Shown here in pieces: positions 8,512-17,347 of a DNA stretch of 32,000 bases. The DNA is taken from assembly GCF_000354175.2 (NCBI RefSeq), contig NC_022349.1, forward strand, positions 1,920,001-1,952,000. The letters are read 5' to 3'. Both the position numbers and the translations under genes were made by a program. The notes beneath the pieces are model-generated. The model was not told the DNA's origin. It did no database searches and saw nothing but the letters and a program-made list of their open reading frames with translations. Origin of the DNA: Vibrio alginolyticus NBRC 15630 = ATCC 17749 (GTDB lineage: Bacteria > Pseudomonadota > Gammaproteobacteria > Enterobacterales > Vibrionaceae). Within the stretch, counting starts at the first letter, position 1, and every line of letters begins with the position of its first letter.

Positions 8512-9341
8512 CCCCAAAATACGGGTGTTTTAAACTTAGGTTTACGGGCATCAAACGTATCGTGCATAGCGGCGTAAACGTGATGATTTTTCAATAGTGT
8601 GCAACGCTCATTAAATGCAGCAAGCAACGACTTGTGGCTAATTTGGTTTATCAAGCGCGGAATCCCCATGGATGAACGCCAAATCGCTTTTTTCTGTTCA
8701 ATAGAAAAAATGTGTGCCCCATTACCTGCTTTATCTAAACGATTATTGATGTAAGCCACGCCTTCATCGATAGAGAGAGGACGTAACTGGCAGCTAAACG
8801 TAATGCGTTGACGAAACTGCCTTAGCTCATGGTTAGCCAATCTTTCATCCAACTCAGGTTGTCCGAATAACACCAATTGAATGAGCTTATCTTGTTCCGT
8901 TTCTAGATTGCCAAATAGACGCAATGTTTCTAAAGCTTGTGGGGAAAGAGCTTGCGCTTCATCAACGATCAAGACGGTTTTCTTTCCCAAGGCATGTACT
9001 TGAATCAAGTGCTCTTGAATGAGGGAAACGATACGCAGCGGATCATCGTTCTCGATACCCAACTCTCTGGCGACAGCAAACTGCAACTGTTCCCCATTCA
9101 ACACTGGATTGGGTAAGTAAATAAGCTCAACTTCAGATTCAATCTGCTCGATCAGCTTACGGCATACCATGGTTTTTCCAGTGCCGACTTCTCCCGTCAC
9201 CTTAATCACCCCTTCTCCTATTTGCACGGCAGCTAGGATGGTTTGGATCGCCTCATAGTGAGGGACTAACCCCAAGAACATTTCTGTATTTGGGGTTAAC
9301 GAAAAAGGCTGAACTCGGAATCCAAAGTGTGACAAGTACAT
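8496..9341 (-). CDS. mshM: MSHA biogenesis AAA ATPase MshM (ExeA-like)
   Basis: 281 aa. It carries Walker A GEVGTGKT and Walker B VLIVDEAQ, giving an ExeA/GspA-like layout. Confidence 0.85.
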   Translation of the reverse strand: MYLSHFGFRVQPFSLTPNTEMFLGLVPHYEAIQTILAAVQIGEGVIKVTGEVGTGKTMVCRKLIEQIESEVELIYLPNPVLNGEQLQFAVARELGIENDDPLRIVSLIQEHLIQVHALGKKTVLIVDEAQALSPQALETLRLFGNLETEQDKLIQLVLFGQPELDERLANHELRQFRQRITFSCQLRPLSIDEGVAYINNRLDKAGNGAHIFSIEQKKAIWRSSMGIPRLINQISHKSLLAAFNERCTLLKNHHVYAAMHDTFDARKPKFKTPVFWGWSQP

Positions 9342-9385
9342 ACTCGAATCACAAACCTATTGAAAAACAGAACCTTTCCCAGCGC

Positions 9386-11026
9386 TTATTGCGCATCTGG
9401 GAACCACTCTTGCAGCAGATCACGAGAGCGCTCTAGCTCTTTCTGCCAAGAGTTCACGCCAACTACGGTCGGTTTTAGCAAGATGACCAATTCTGTTTTC
9501 TCAGTTACGTTATTCACGTTGCGGAACAAATGCCCCAGTGCTGGTACATCGCCCAAAAATGGGACTTTAGAAACAAGCTCACGATTTTGCTGTTTCATCA
9601 ACCCGCCGATAACCACAACATCGCCATCTTTAGCACGAATAACCGAGTCTGATTCACGAATAGAGCTTTTCGCTAATGGCAGTTGGATGTTTTGGAAATC
9701 TCCGCCCAAGTTCAATTGCTTCACTTCTTCCGTGACTTCAATAACTGCGGGGTGAACATGCAGGAACACATTGCCTTTGTTATCAATTTGCGGAGTCACA
9801 TCGAGGGAAATACCCGAGAAGAATGGCGTCAGTTCCACTTCAGGAACTGCATTTGAGTTTTCACCGTTGCCTGCATTGCTCGATAGCTCGGTAACAAAGT
9901 ACTCATCGGTACCCACTTTGATGACAGATTTTTGGTTGTTGGCAGCGGTAATACGAGGGCTCGAAAGGACGTTCAAGTCACCTTGCGTAGACATGAAGCT
10001 CAACACTGCATTGAAGTTACCATCCGAAATAGTCACGTTAGTTTGACCGCCCAATAGCGTGCCAATCGCATCCAATGGTGGTAATGTCGACGCAGGGCGG
10101 TTGACTACGATACTACCCGAGTTACCAATTGACGCCGATAAGTTTGACCAGTTGATGCCTTGTTGGTAGCCATCATTCAACGTCACTTCTAGGATTTTAG
10201 CTTCAAGAATGACCTGGCGCTGCATGCGCTCCTGCGATACACCTAAGAACTCGCGTACTTCGCGAATATCATCTGGAAATGCTCGAACCGTAATAACTCC
10301 CGCTTGTGGCGTTACAACCACACTTTGCCCTTTGCCTGAACCAATTAGATTCGCAACAGCTTGCTGCAGCATCGGCCAGAAGTCACTTTCAGTGATGGTT
10401 TCGATGCGTGTACCACCCGTAGATGTGGTCGAGCTATCGTTGTTGTTTCCATTGTTAGAGTCTGACGAGTCAGAACTGTCTGAGCTACCACCAGAATTAG
10501 ACGTACCAGCCGAGGTTACAGAGCCCGTAACAATACTGGTTAATGAGCGACCAGAACGCTTGAACTGTAGGTAATCGACTGGAATGGTCACAGTACGCAT
10601 ACCTGCTGGGTAGATTTGAATAACTTTGCCAGACTTCACCACGTCATAGCCATACATATTCTGTACGACATTCAGAACTTCATCCAATGTCACATCTGAC
10701 AAGTTGACAGTGATATTACCTTGTACCGATGGGTGAATCGCCACGCTGTACTCTGTGCCTTTCACCAACGAGGCGAAAAAGCTTCTTGCATCGACCGCAT
10801 TCGCTTGAATACGAAAACGCTTCGAGGTGCCTTGCTCTGATGCAACGTTCGAGTCTAAATTTGGCATCAAGTCTGCCTCAACAGAAGAAGGGATTTCTTC
10901 CAATGTGCGGCTGTTCGCTTGATTGATTGATTCATTGAGCGCTTCTTTAACTTCCACTGGATTCCGATGACCCATTGAACATCCCATTAAAGAAGCAATC
11001 GTTATTCCTACAACTAATTTGCGCAT
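9386..11026 (-). CDS. mshL: MSHA secretin MshL
   Basis: 546 aa. The C-terminal secretin signature is VPFLGDVPALGHLFR. The N-terminus, MRKLVVGITIASLMGC, resembles a lipobox. An S/D/N-rich linker lies at residues 171-205. Confidence 0.9.
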   Translation of the reverse strand: MRKLVVGITIASLMGCSMGHRNPVEVKEALNESINQANSRTLEEIPSSVEADLMPNLDSNVASEQGTSKRFRIQANAVDARSFFASLVKGTEYSVAIHPSVQGNITVNLSDVTLDEVLNVVQNMYGYDVVKSGKVIQIYPAGMRTVTIPVDYLQFKRSGRSLTSIVTGSVTSAGTSNSGGSSDSSDSSDSNNGNNNDSSTTSTGGTRIETITESDFWPMLQQAVANLIGSGKGQSVVVTPQAGVITVRAFPDDIREVREFLGVSQERMQRQVILEAKILEVTLNDGYQQGINWSNLSASIGNSGSIVVNRPASTLPPLDAIGTLLGGQTNVTISDGNFNAVLSFMSTQGDLNVLSSPRITAANNQKSVIKVGTDEYFVTELSSNAGNGENSNAVPEVELTPFFSGISLDVTPQIDNKGNVFLHVHPAVIEVTEEVKQLNLGGDFQNIQLPLAKSSIRESDSVIRAKDGDVVVIGGLMKQQNRELVSKVPFLGDVPALGHLFRNVNNVTEKTELVILLKPTVVGVNSWQKELERSRDLLQEWFPDAQ

Positions 11027-11046
11027 ATCTGATCGGGCTCTGGTTA

Positions 11047-11382
11047 TTATTGTTTTACGTTTAAATCAAAAAGCTCTAGGTCCCACTGACGGTTACCACG
11101 CTTTAAAGTTACAAATTCACTATTAATGCTCGCGACGCGATAACCTTTAAATAGCTCGCCTTTTTCGACAAGTTTGTTATCCATAATCGCGATACAATCA
11201 GTACTTGGCTTACACACAATACTGTTGAGCTTAGGCAGTCGGTACCGTTTAACTTTTGGTTTCGCTGACGTTTCAACCGCTGGTTTTTCCCAACCAAGTG
11301 GGGCCGTTGGGTCTTGGTTTGCCCAAGCGGTTCCTGCCGCTGCCATAACAAGCAATGAGATGATGAGTTTGTTAACCACCAA
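11047..11382 (-). CDS. mshK: MSHA biogenesis protein MshK (small periplasmic, PilP-like position)
   Basis: 111 aa with a non-ATG start (TTG at 11382 or GTG at 11379). The signal peptide is LIISLLVMAAAGTAWA|NQ. It overlaps the mshJ 3' end. Confidence 0.7.
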   Translation of the reverse strand: MVVNKLIISLLVMAAAGTAWANQDPTAPLGWEKPAVETSAKPKVKRYRLPKLNSIVCKPSTDCIAIMDNKLVEKGELFKGYRVASINSEFVTLKRGNRQWDLELFDLNVKQ

Positions 11383-12022
11383 TAAACTCCTCTCTAGATC
11401 CTAGTGTGTAGACTTCTAACACAAGCTTCGCTTTCGGGTACTCTTCGACTTTATAACTAAAGCTGCGCCAGTAATAACTCGCAGGAAGGCTCTCCAATTT
11501 ATTCAGATAATTAGCAATAGAAAAATAGTCACCAGTCAGTTCCATACGAACAGGATGCACGTAGTAACCAGAGTATTGCGATGCTTCTTTATCTTCCGTT
11601 ATTGGCTCAGATGGCAAGGTTTGCAGAGACAAAAGGTGAATGCCACTTTGCTGCTCCAACACATTTTCAAGCAGCTCAGCCATTTGCGAAGGTGTAATAA
11701 GATGCTCGATGATCTCCGCTAATTGCATCGAAAGATGCTGACTCTCAGCTAACAGATTAGATATCGCGCGATCAATCTCAGCATTTGGATCTTTCTTAAG
11801 TTGCGCCTGAATACGTAGCGTATCGATTTCAATCTTTTGATTGGCTTGCTTTAAATTACTTAGTTGCCTCTCATTACTGATGATCTCGTTAAGCTTTGGC
11901 TCCAATACCAGCGTAAAGAGCAACATGATCACGACAACTAAACCGCACAATGCGGTGAGCACTTTTTCACGCGTACTCATTTCGCCAAAGCGCCCTTCTA
12001 ATGAGAGCCAGAATTCGTTCAT
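11372..12022 (-). CDS. mshJ: MSHA biogenesis protein MshJ (PilO-like)
   Basis: 216 aa with a single TM helix (VLTALCGLVVVIMLLFTLVL) followed by a coiled-coil region. Its ATG overlaps the mshI stop (ATGA at 12019-12022). Confidence 0.75.
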   Translation of the reverse strand: MNEFWLSLEGRFGEMSTREKVLTALCGLVVVIMLLFTLVLEPKLNEIISNERQLSNLKQANQKIEIDTLRIQAQLKKDPNAEIDRAISNLLAESQHLSMQLAEIIEHLITPSQMAELLENVLEQQSGIHLLSLQTLPSEPITEDKEASQYSGYYVHPVRMELTGDYFSIANYLNKLESLPASYYWRSFSYKVEEYPKAKLVLEVYTLGSREEFIGG

Positions 12023-13464
12023 TTCTCTTTATCCTCGCGCGTTTTTAGTTCAAACGTCACAATATCCTTATCATTTCGACCTATTTTGACGTCGTCAAAC
12101 GTTCGACCAACCAAGCTAATTTCGTTTTTAAATTGGCTAACCCAATTTGGCACTGAGCTCGGTTTTTTCGCTAGCCCCTTCAGGTCTAAGGTATGGGTAT
12201 TGATTCGAATTTCGGACAAAGAAATTTCTTGGTTTCCTAACTTCGCTAATGATTGCATCACGCCAGAGTAACCCGTGCGTTGCGAGTCATCGTATTTCCC
12301 GACAGCTTTAAGCGAGTCTCGCTTCGCCTTGACTTCACGCTCTAAGCGGGCTTTAGCTGCCAGCTTATTATTGTCAGGTTGATGTTTACGTAGCTTGACT
12401 TGATAACGTTCAAGCTCTGACTTCATGATATCGCCTTTACTTTTTACAATAGCAATCTCATCTTCCAAACCGCTGCTCTGCCAAGTGACATAACCGTAAG
12501 AAAATAGAATTGCAGCCGCCGCAACGCCCCAAGATAACGCGATATTTTTTAGCGTCAGGAGCTCTTTTTTCGGCTTTAAGTAGTCGGGATATAAGTTGAC
12601 GCGTCGAGTATTTGAAGTAGCCGCAGTGTCAGCCAAAACATGTCCTGATAGCTCATGTTCTGGTGGTAATAACGGTGAAACCTTAGTACTTAAACGGTAG
12701 TTCAGAGCCTGAACAAGCTCGCTCTCATCCTCTTCATCACAGCACACTTTCAATTGATGTAATTGCACGTGGCGTAACTGAGATGAAAGATAGTCAATCG
12801 AACGTTGCAGTTCTAACGACAGACTGTCCATCTGTAAATCGCTAGACGGAACCCCCGTTAACGGTGGCGTCACACTGCGAATAGAGCGGTGGAACGCAAT
12901 AGTATTTTCGACAAAAGCGCTTATACGGAAATGACCACGCACACTGCGTTGTAATAATAGGAAGTTTCCTAGTTCACCCGCAGTCTCTCCCCAAATATCG
13001 TCTTCAGGAAGAATGGCTTCTAATGGTAACTGGGCTCGGCTGGCCAGTAACACAATCTTATCCAATATTTTTCGCGATAAGACGTATGCTTGCACTTTGG
13101 TTGAATTCGGTAACTCGACCGCATCGGCAATAATGTCGATAGCACGCTCAGAGATCAGTTCTTTCAACAAAAACGGTAATGCGGCTGGCCATTCTTGACG
13201 CGGCATGACCGGTTTGTCGATTTGGTACATCTGGTAATAGTTATGAGAAAGAATAACCGTTAATGAATCATACGCACTCGCTGCAACGCTCAATGCTTGC
13301 TCAACGGCTTTTTCCCAATTGGACTCAGAAATATCAAATTGGTATGGACGACTACTTTTGATTGAAGATGATAAATAAACGGCGTCTGGCTGAATAACCA
13401 AAAAGCAGGAGCGATCACCACTAGATGATCGCTTAAGCTTGTCGAATAGTGCTTTGAAATCCAT
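12019..13464 (-). CDS. mshI: MSHA biogenesis protein MshI (PilM/PilN-like fusion)
   Basis: 481 aa. It has a cytoplasmic N-terminal domain, a mid-protein TM helix (ALSWGVAAAAILFSYGYV) and a coiled-coil/periplasmic C-terminus. It is the first gene after mshH, with an 11-nt gap. Confidence 0.75.
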   Translation of the reverse strand: MDFKALFDKLKRSSSGDRSCFLVIQPDAVYLSSSIKSSRPYQFDISESNWEKAVEQALSVAASAYDSLTVILSHNYYQMYQIDKPVMPRQEWPAALPFLLKELISERAIDIIADAVELPNSTKVQAYVLSRKILDKIVLLASRAQLPLEAILPEDDIWGETAGELGNFLLLQRSVRGHFRISAFVENTIAFHRSIRSVTPPLTGVPSSDLQMDSLSLELQRSIDYLSSQLRHVQLHQLKVCCDEEDESELVQALNYRLSTKVSPLLPPEHELSGHVLADTAATSNTRRVNLYPDYLKPKKELLTLKNIALSWGVAAAAILFSYGYVTWQSSGLEDEIAIVKSKGDIMKSELERYQVKLRKHQPDNNKLAAKARLEREVKAKRDSLKAVGKYDDSQRTGYSGVMQSLAKLGNQEISLSEIRINTHTLDLKGLAKKPSSVPNWVSQFKNEISLVGRTFDDVKIGRNDKDIVTFELKTREDKEK

Positions 13465-13475
13465 GATTATTATCT

Positions 13476-15485
13476 TTATTTTTTCCGCCAGCGATTTCGT
13501 CTTCCCAATTTAACTTGGGATTCTGATTGAGAATTCGGCAACGCTTGGGGACGAGGAAGAAACTGCTGCTCCGCAGAAAAGTAACGCCCTTGCCCACCAT
13601 AAACCCCGAGCTCAATTAATGTGTTGAGCTCGTTCTGATTCTCAATTCCCACTGCTATAATTTTAGTTTTACTGTTTGCCGCCGCACCTAGCATACTGCG
13701 GACAAATAGCTGGTTTTCATGTCGTTGGTCGATTTTTGCTACTAAACTGCGATGAAGTTTAAGGTAACGAATGTCCACTTCTTTTAAATAGTGAGTGCTG
13801 ACGATGGTACGCCCAGCCTGCCCAACCATTAAGTGGCACCCTAAACCGGCCAGCATTTTAGCGACTGGTCGCATAAAGTCTAAGTGTCTTACAAATTGTG
13901 CTTCAACAAACTCAAAACTGAGACACTTTCTCTGCTCACGTGACAACTGTAAGAGTTCATCACGAAACCATTTAAAGTACTCTCGGTTAGAAAATGGCGT
14001 TACATTCAAATTGAGCGCATACGATCTTGAGTTATCAAAATTATCCTTAAACTCTCTTAAGAATTTATTAATAACTGACTTATCCATTTGCGCTTCATAA
14101 CCAACCTGTCTGATCGCAGAAATGAACCGAGACGCTTTAACAATCCCATTCTCAGGATCGCGAATCCGACATGTTAACTCTTCATATAATGATTTTTTAT
14201 GCGTCGCGTCACTTATTGGATGCACAGATTGTGCGTAGAGTATCACACTTTCTGGTGTAAGTGCTGTGTCAAATAACGTTCTCCATCTCACACTTCCGCG
14301 AGCTTCTTCATCGTGGTTCCATTTTTTGAAGCGACTCCAATTATTGTTATTTTGTAGTTGCGCACTACGCAAAGCAGTCTCGGCTTCATCAATGATTTGG
14401 CTGTGTCGCTCACCTTCTTTATAAGTGGTGATGCCAATATGGCACCAGTTGTCTGGATCAAGTGGCTCTGGCGGCATTAACTTTTCTAACTGGCGAATGC
14501 ATTGCGAGGCAAGGTTAGCCACATCTTTCGCACTTTGGTGCGGTAGAAAAAGCGCAAAATCAGCATCGTAATAACGGGAAAATACAACATCTGGGTATCG
14601 TTGAACTAAATTGGACAATAAACTCCCAACTTCAACAATAAACTCATCCGTAATTTGCTTATCTTGCTCTTCTTCAACCAGTTTCCAGTCTTGAATACGA
14701 ACTAGCAACACGGCGCCGCGAGCCCCGCTTTCTAGTAACGCCGATTCCAACTTGCTATCAAATAACACTCGGTTAGCGGTACCGGTTAGCTTATCAAGGA
14801 AGGTTTGAGTTCGAATAAAGGTATCAAATCGGCTTCGCTCTTGACGCGCATCTTGTAACTCTTCGATTAATACATCGAGCGCTTCACTGGCGGTGTAAGG
14901 CCATTCTTTTTTGTCACCTTTGGCATACTGCTCCACCCTACCAGCCAGGATCATTCTGCCTCGCTCTTCGAGCATTTCGGAGCCTTCTAATTGCTCCTTA
15001 AGCCATGCCACGCCGCGCATTAAGCAGAAGATGATCAATATAACGGCAAGCGTGATCGACCAAAGCGCCTGCATTGAGTAGCTGTAACCTAAGTAAGGGG
15101 GAATTGCTTTAAAGTGAATCGTGTAATCTTGATTGTGAGTCAGCTGATACTCTGCCTCAAACAAGACTGACGCTTCCATTTGATGAGAAGTATCTTTGAA
15201 GCGATAAACAACGGCGTTGTTGGTCGACAACGTCATTTCGACAATATTGGAAGCCTGCAGCATTTTCGGCATCCAGCGCTGCATAGAATAAGCGGCGTCA
15301 GGATCTTCCATCTCCTTGTCGACCACCTCTACGATCCCTTCTAAATAATGGGTGAGATATTCCTGCCCAAGACGTTTAAAAGAGAGGGTGCCACCGACAA
15401 ACAAGATAAACATGGCGCAGATAACGATCATGGTGACAAAGGCCACCAGCCGTGTGCTTAACTTAAGAGTTGGGGTATACCTCAT
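13476..15485 (-). CDS. csrD: MshH / CsrD-like regulator with degenerate GGDEF and EAL domains
   Basis: The track ORF starts at a TTG at 15494. The ATG at 15485 gives MRYTPTLKLSTRLVAFVTMIV, resembling E. coli CsrD. The protein has two TM helices. Its GGDEF position reads RYYDADF, and there is no intact EAL signature. It occupies the VC0398 position between ssb and mshI. Confidence 0.8.
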   Translation of the reverse strand: MRYTPTLKLSTRLVAFVTMIVICAMFILFVGGTLSFKRLGQEYLTHYLEGIVEVVDKEMEDPDAAYSMQRWMPKMLQASNIVEMTLSTNNAVVYRFKDTSHQMEASVLFEAEYQLTHNQDYTIHFKAIPPYLGYSYSMQALWSITLAVILIIFCLMRGVAWLKEQLEGSEMLEERGRMILAGRVEQYAKGDKKEWPYTASEALDVLIEELQDARQERSRFDTFIRTQTFLDKLTGTANRVLFDSKLESALLESGARGAVLLVRIQDWKLVEEEQDKQITDEFIVEVGSLLSNLVQRYPDVVFSRYYDADFALFLPHQSAKDVANLASQCIRQLEKLMPPEPLDPDNWCHIGITTYKEGERHSQIIDEAETALRSAQLQNNNNWSRFKKWNHDEEARGSVRWRTLFDTALTPESVILYAQSVHPISDATHKKSLYEELTCRIRDPENGIVKASRFISAIRQVGYEAQMDKSVINKFLREFKDNFDNSRSYALNLNVTPFSNREYFKWFRDELLQLSREQRKCLSFEFVEAQFVRHLDFMRPVAKMLAGLGCHLMVGQAGRTIVSTHYLKEVDIRYLKLHRSLVAKIDQRHENQLFVRSMLGAAANSKTKIIAVGIENQNELNTLIELGVYGGQGRYFSAEQQFLPRPQALPNSQSESQVKLGRRNRWRKK

Positions 15486-15675
15486 GAATACCAAATTCCT
15501 TTTTTATTCATCATATACCTTATTGAAATATTTATACTTGATAAGAGTTCATCAAACAATCGGATTAGTCTGATAGTGAGAGGCTGGAGCATAAAGAAAA
15601 TCACACTCATTGATAAGTTTTATTGTTACGCCTAACCTTGCCAAGAGAAGCCTGTGAAATCATTAGATTGCGACA

Positions 15676-15705
15676 ATAAAAAGGCCGCGATATTCGCGGC
15701 CTTTT
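15676..15705 (-). terminator. Rho-independent terminator downstream of ssb
   Basis: The stem is GGCCGCG (15683-15689) and CGCGGCC (15695-15701) with a 5-nt loop. On the minus strand it is followed by UUUUUAUU. Confidence 0.8.
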
Positions 15706-15726
15706 CGATTCAAGCATAAGCAGAAT

Positions 15727-16266
15727 TTAGAACGGGATATCGTCGTCAAAATCCATTGGTGGCTCATTGTACTGCTGCTGTGGTTGCTGCGGAGCCTGTT
15801 GTTGTGGTTGCTGTTGCTGAGGCGCATTGTACTGCTGCTGAGCTGGCTGTTGAGGCTGACCCCATCCACCTTGCTGCTGCTGTTGACCGCCCATAGGTGC
15901 GCCGCCACCTTGAGCACGACCGCCAAGCATTTGCATCACACCATTGAAGCCTTGAACAACGACTTCAGTTGAGTAGCGATCTTGACCACTTTGATCTTGC
16001 CATTTGCGAGTTTGCAGTTGCCCTTCAATGTAAACTTGAGAGCCTTTACGCAAATACTCACCTGCTACTTCCGCAAGTTTGCCGAACAACACAACACGGT
16101 GCCATTCCGTTTTTTCGCGCTGTTCGCCAGTCGCTTTATCACGCCATGAATCAGAAGTCGCAATAGTAATGTTTGCTACTGCACCGCCATTCGGCATGTA
16201 ACGAATTTCAGGGTCGTTACCTAGATTCCCCACCAAAATAACTTTGTTAATTCCACGGCTGGCCAT
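15727..16266 (-). CDS. ssb: Single-stranded DNA-binding protein
   Basis: 179 aa. It has an OB-fold N-terminus ([44 protein letters not shown]), a Gly/Gln/Pro-rich linker and an acidic tip, DFDDDIPF. Confidence 0.97.
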   Translation of the reverse strand: MASRGINKVILVGNLGNDPEIRYMPNGGAVANITIATSDSWRDKATGEQREKTEWHRVVLFGKLAEVAGEYLRKGSQVYIEGQLQTRKWQDQSGQDRYSTEVVVQGFNGVMQMLGGRAQGGGAPMGGQQQQQGGWGQPQQPAQQQYNAPQQQQPQQQAPQQPQQQYNEPPMDFDDDIPF

Positions 16267-16543
16267 GATGTGCTCCGTTTCACTCTGGATATATAAAATT
16301 TTAGCGCATTAGAATAGCACGCTTTAATGTTTTGATTAAAGTCTAATACCATTGTGATCTATTGAGTCATCCTCTAGAACCCAAATCGTATTTCAACTTA
16401 CGTGTGTAGCATTTTTGATTCGCGTTGCAGACATCGTTTCGTGAAGCTTTGAATTCGAACGCATTTATTCAGTAAAGCGATGGTTATGGCCTCTCTTTAA
16501 TGCCAGTTTATGGCTTCTATTGAACCCAGGGAGATTGGAACAC

Positions 16544-17188
16544 GTGAGAAAGTCGGCTTACGCAAGAAAGCTATTTCTGATCAGTATGGAAGATAATGCG
16601 CAAAAAAAAGTGGCGGCACTCGAAAAGTACGTTGATATGAGCATCCCGGTGATTTCAACCGCAGCACTCATGGAAGCCAAGCCACAACACCGTAATAAAA
16701 TTCTACTGATCGACTTCAGTGAACATAAATCACTTGTTCAATCGATCAAAAACTTGCCTCTTGTATGGAAAAACTTTGAAACCGTTGTCTTCAACGTGCC
16801 TAAAAGACTAACCACAGATGAACTTCTTTCATTTGGTCAATTAAAAGGTGTGTTTTATTCTGAAGATACGCTAGAGCAAATTGGAGAAGGGTTAAAAGGC
16901 ATTGTTAACGGTCAAAACTGGCTGCCGCGTAATGTAACCAGTCAACTTTTACACTATTACCGCAATGTCATTAATACTCATACTGCACCAGCTACGGTAG
17001 ACCTAACCATTCGTGAGCTACAAGTACTGCGTTGCCTACAAGCTGGCGCCTCGAACAGTCAGATGGCCGAGGAGTTATTCGTCAGTGAATTCACCATCAA
17101 ATCGCACTTGTATCAGATATTCAAAAAGCTATCCGTAAAGAACCGAGTACAGGCAATCGCCTGGGCAGACCAAAACTTAATGTCATGA
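16544..17188 (+). CDS. qstR: LuxR-type (GerE HTH) transcriptional regulator, QstR-like
   Basis: The C-terminal HTH is LTIRELQVLRCLQAGASNSQMAEELFVSEFTIKSHLYQIFKKLSVKNR. It occupies the VC0396 (QstR) position between ssb and galU. The start is ambiguous among TTG 16520, GTG 16544 (GGGAGA Shine-Dalgarno sequence 10 nt upstream, preferred) and ATG 16586. Confidence 0.75.
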   Translation: MRKSAYARKLFLISMEDNAQKKVAALEKYVDMSIPVISTAALMEAKPQHRNKILLIDFSEHKSLVQSIKNLPLVWKNFETVVFNVPKRLTTDELLSFGQLKGVFYSEDTLEQIGEGLKGIVNGQNWLPRNVTSQLLHYYRNVINTHTAPATVDLTIRELQVLRCLQAGASNSQMAEELFVSEFTIKSHLYQIFKKLSVKNRVQAIAWADQNLMS

Positions 17189-17347
17189 TGCAATGTGATC
17201 GGCTCTGATAACTGAAATGACGAGTCGCTCATCTTTTTTCCGCACCGAGTCTCACATTTTTTCCTACTTTATTCATGATTCATTGATACCTCTCGTGTTA
17301 AAGTTATGCGCAGATTCTTGATAAAAACGAGATAGGATATTCCCCCA

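Noticed and set aside
11109-11351. An 80-aa same-strand ORF is nested out of frame inside mshK.
   Set aside because: It lies completely within mshK and has no RBS. Its basic, Gln/Arg-rich translation is typical of an alternate frame.
546-13615. Many plus-strand and alternate-frame ORFs overlap the msh genes. Examples are 546-794, 622-834, 2376-2783, 3550-4023, 4696-5007, 5263-5658, 5779-5970, 6417-6997, 7318-7560, 9360-10574, 10729-10926, 11174-11404, 11841-12271, 13013-13198 and 13433-13615.
   Set aside because: All are antisense to, or nested in, long ORFs with clear family signatures. They lack ribosome-binding sites, and their translations are low-complexity or Ser/Arg/Cys-rich, as expected for non-coding frames.
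15663-16166. ORFs of 87, 62 and 65 aa overlap ssb.
   Set aside because: They are artefacts of the CAG/CTG-rich linker repeats, which are open in several frames. The ssb frame has an unmistakable OB fold and a DFDDDIPF tip.
16267-16543. I searched the ssb/qstR divergent region for a LexA box, a CRP-S (TfoX-dependent) site and a HapR/LuxR site.
   Set aside because: There is no CTG-N10-CAG. Candidate strings (TGATTCGCGTTGCAGA, TTCGTGAAGCTTTGAATTCGAA, TTATTCAGTAAA) match the TGCGA-N6-TCGCA or HapR consensus too poorly to call by eye.
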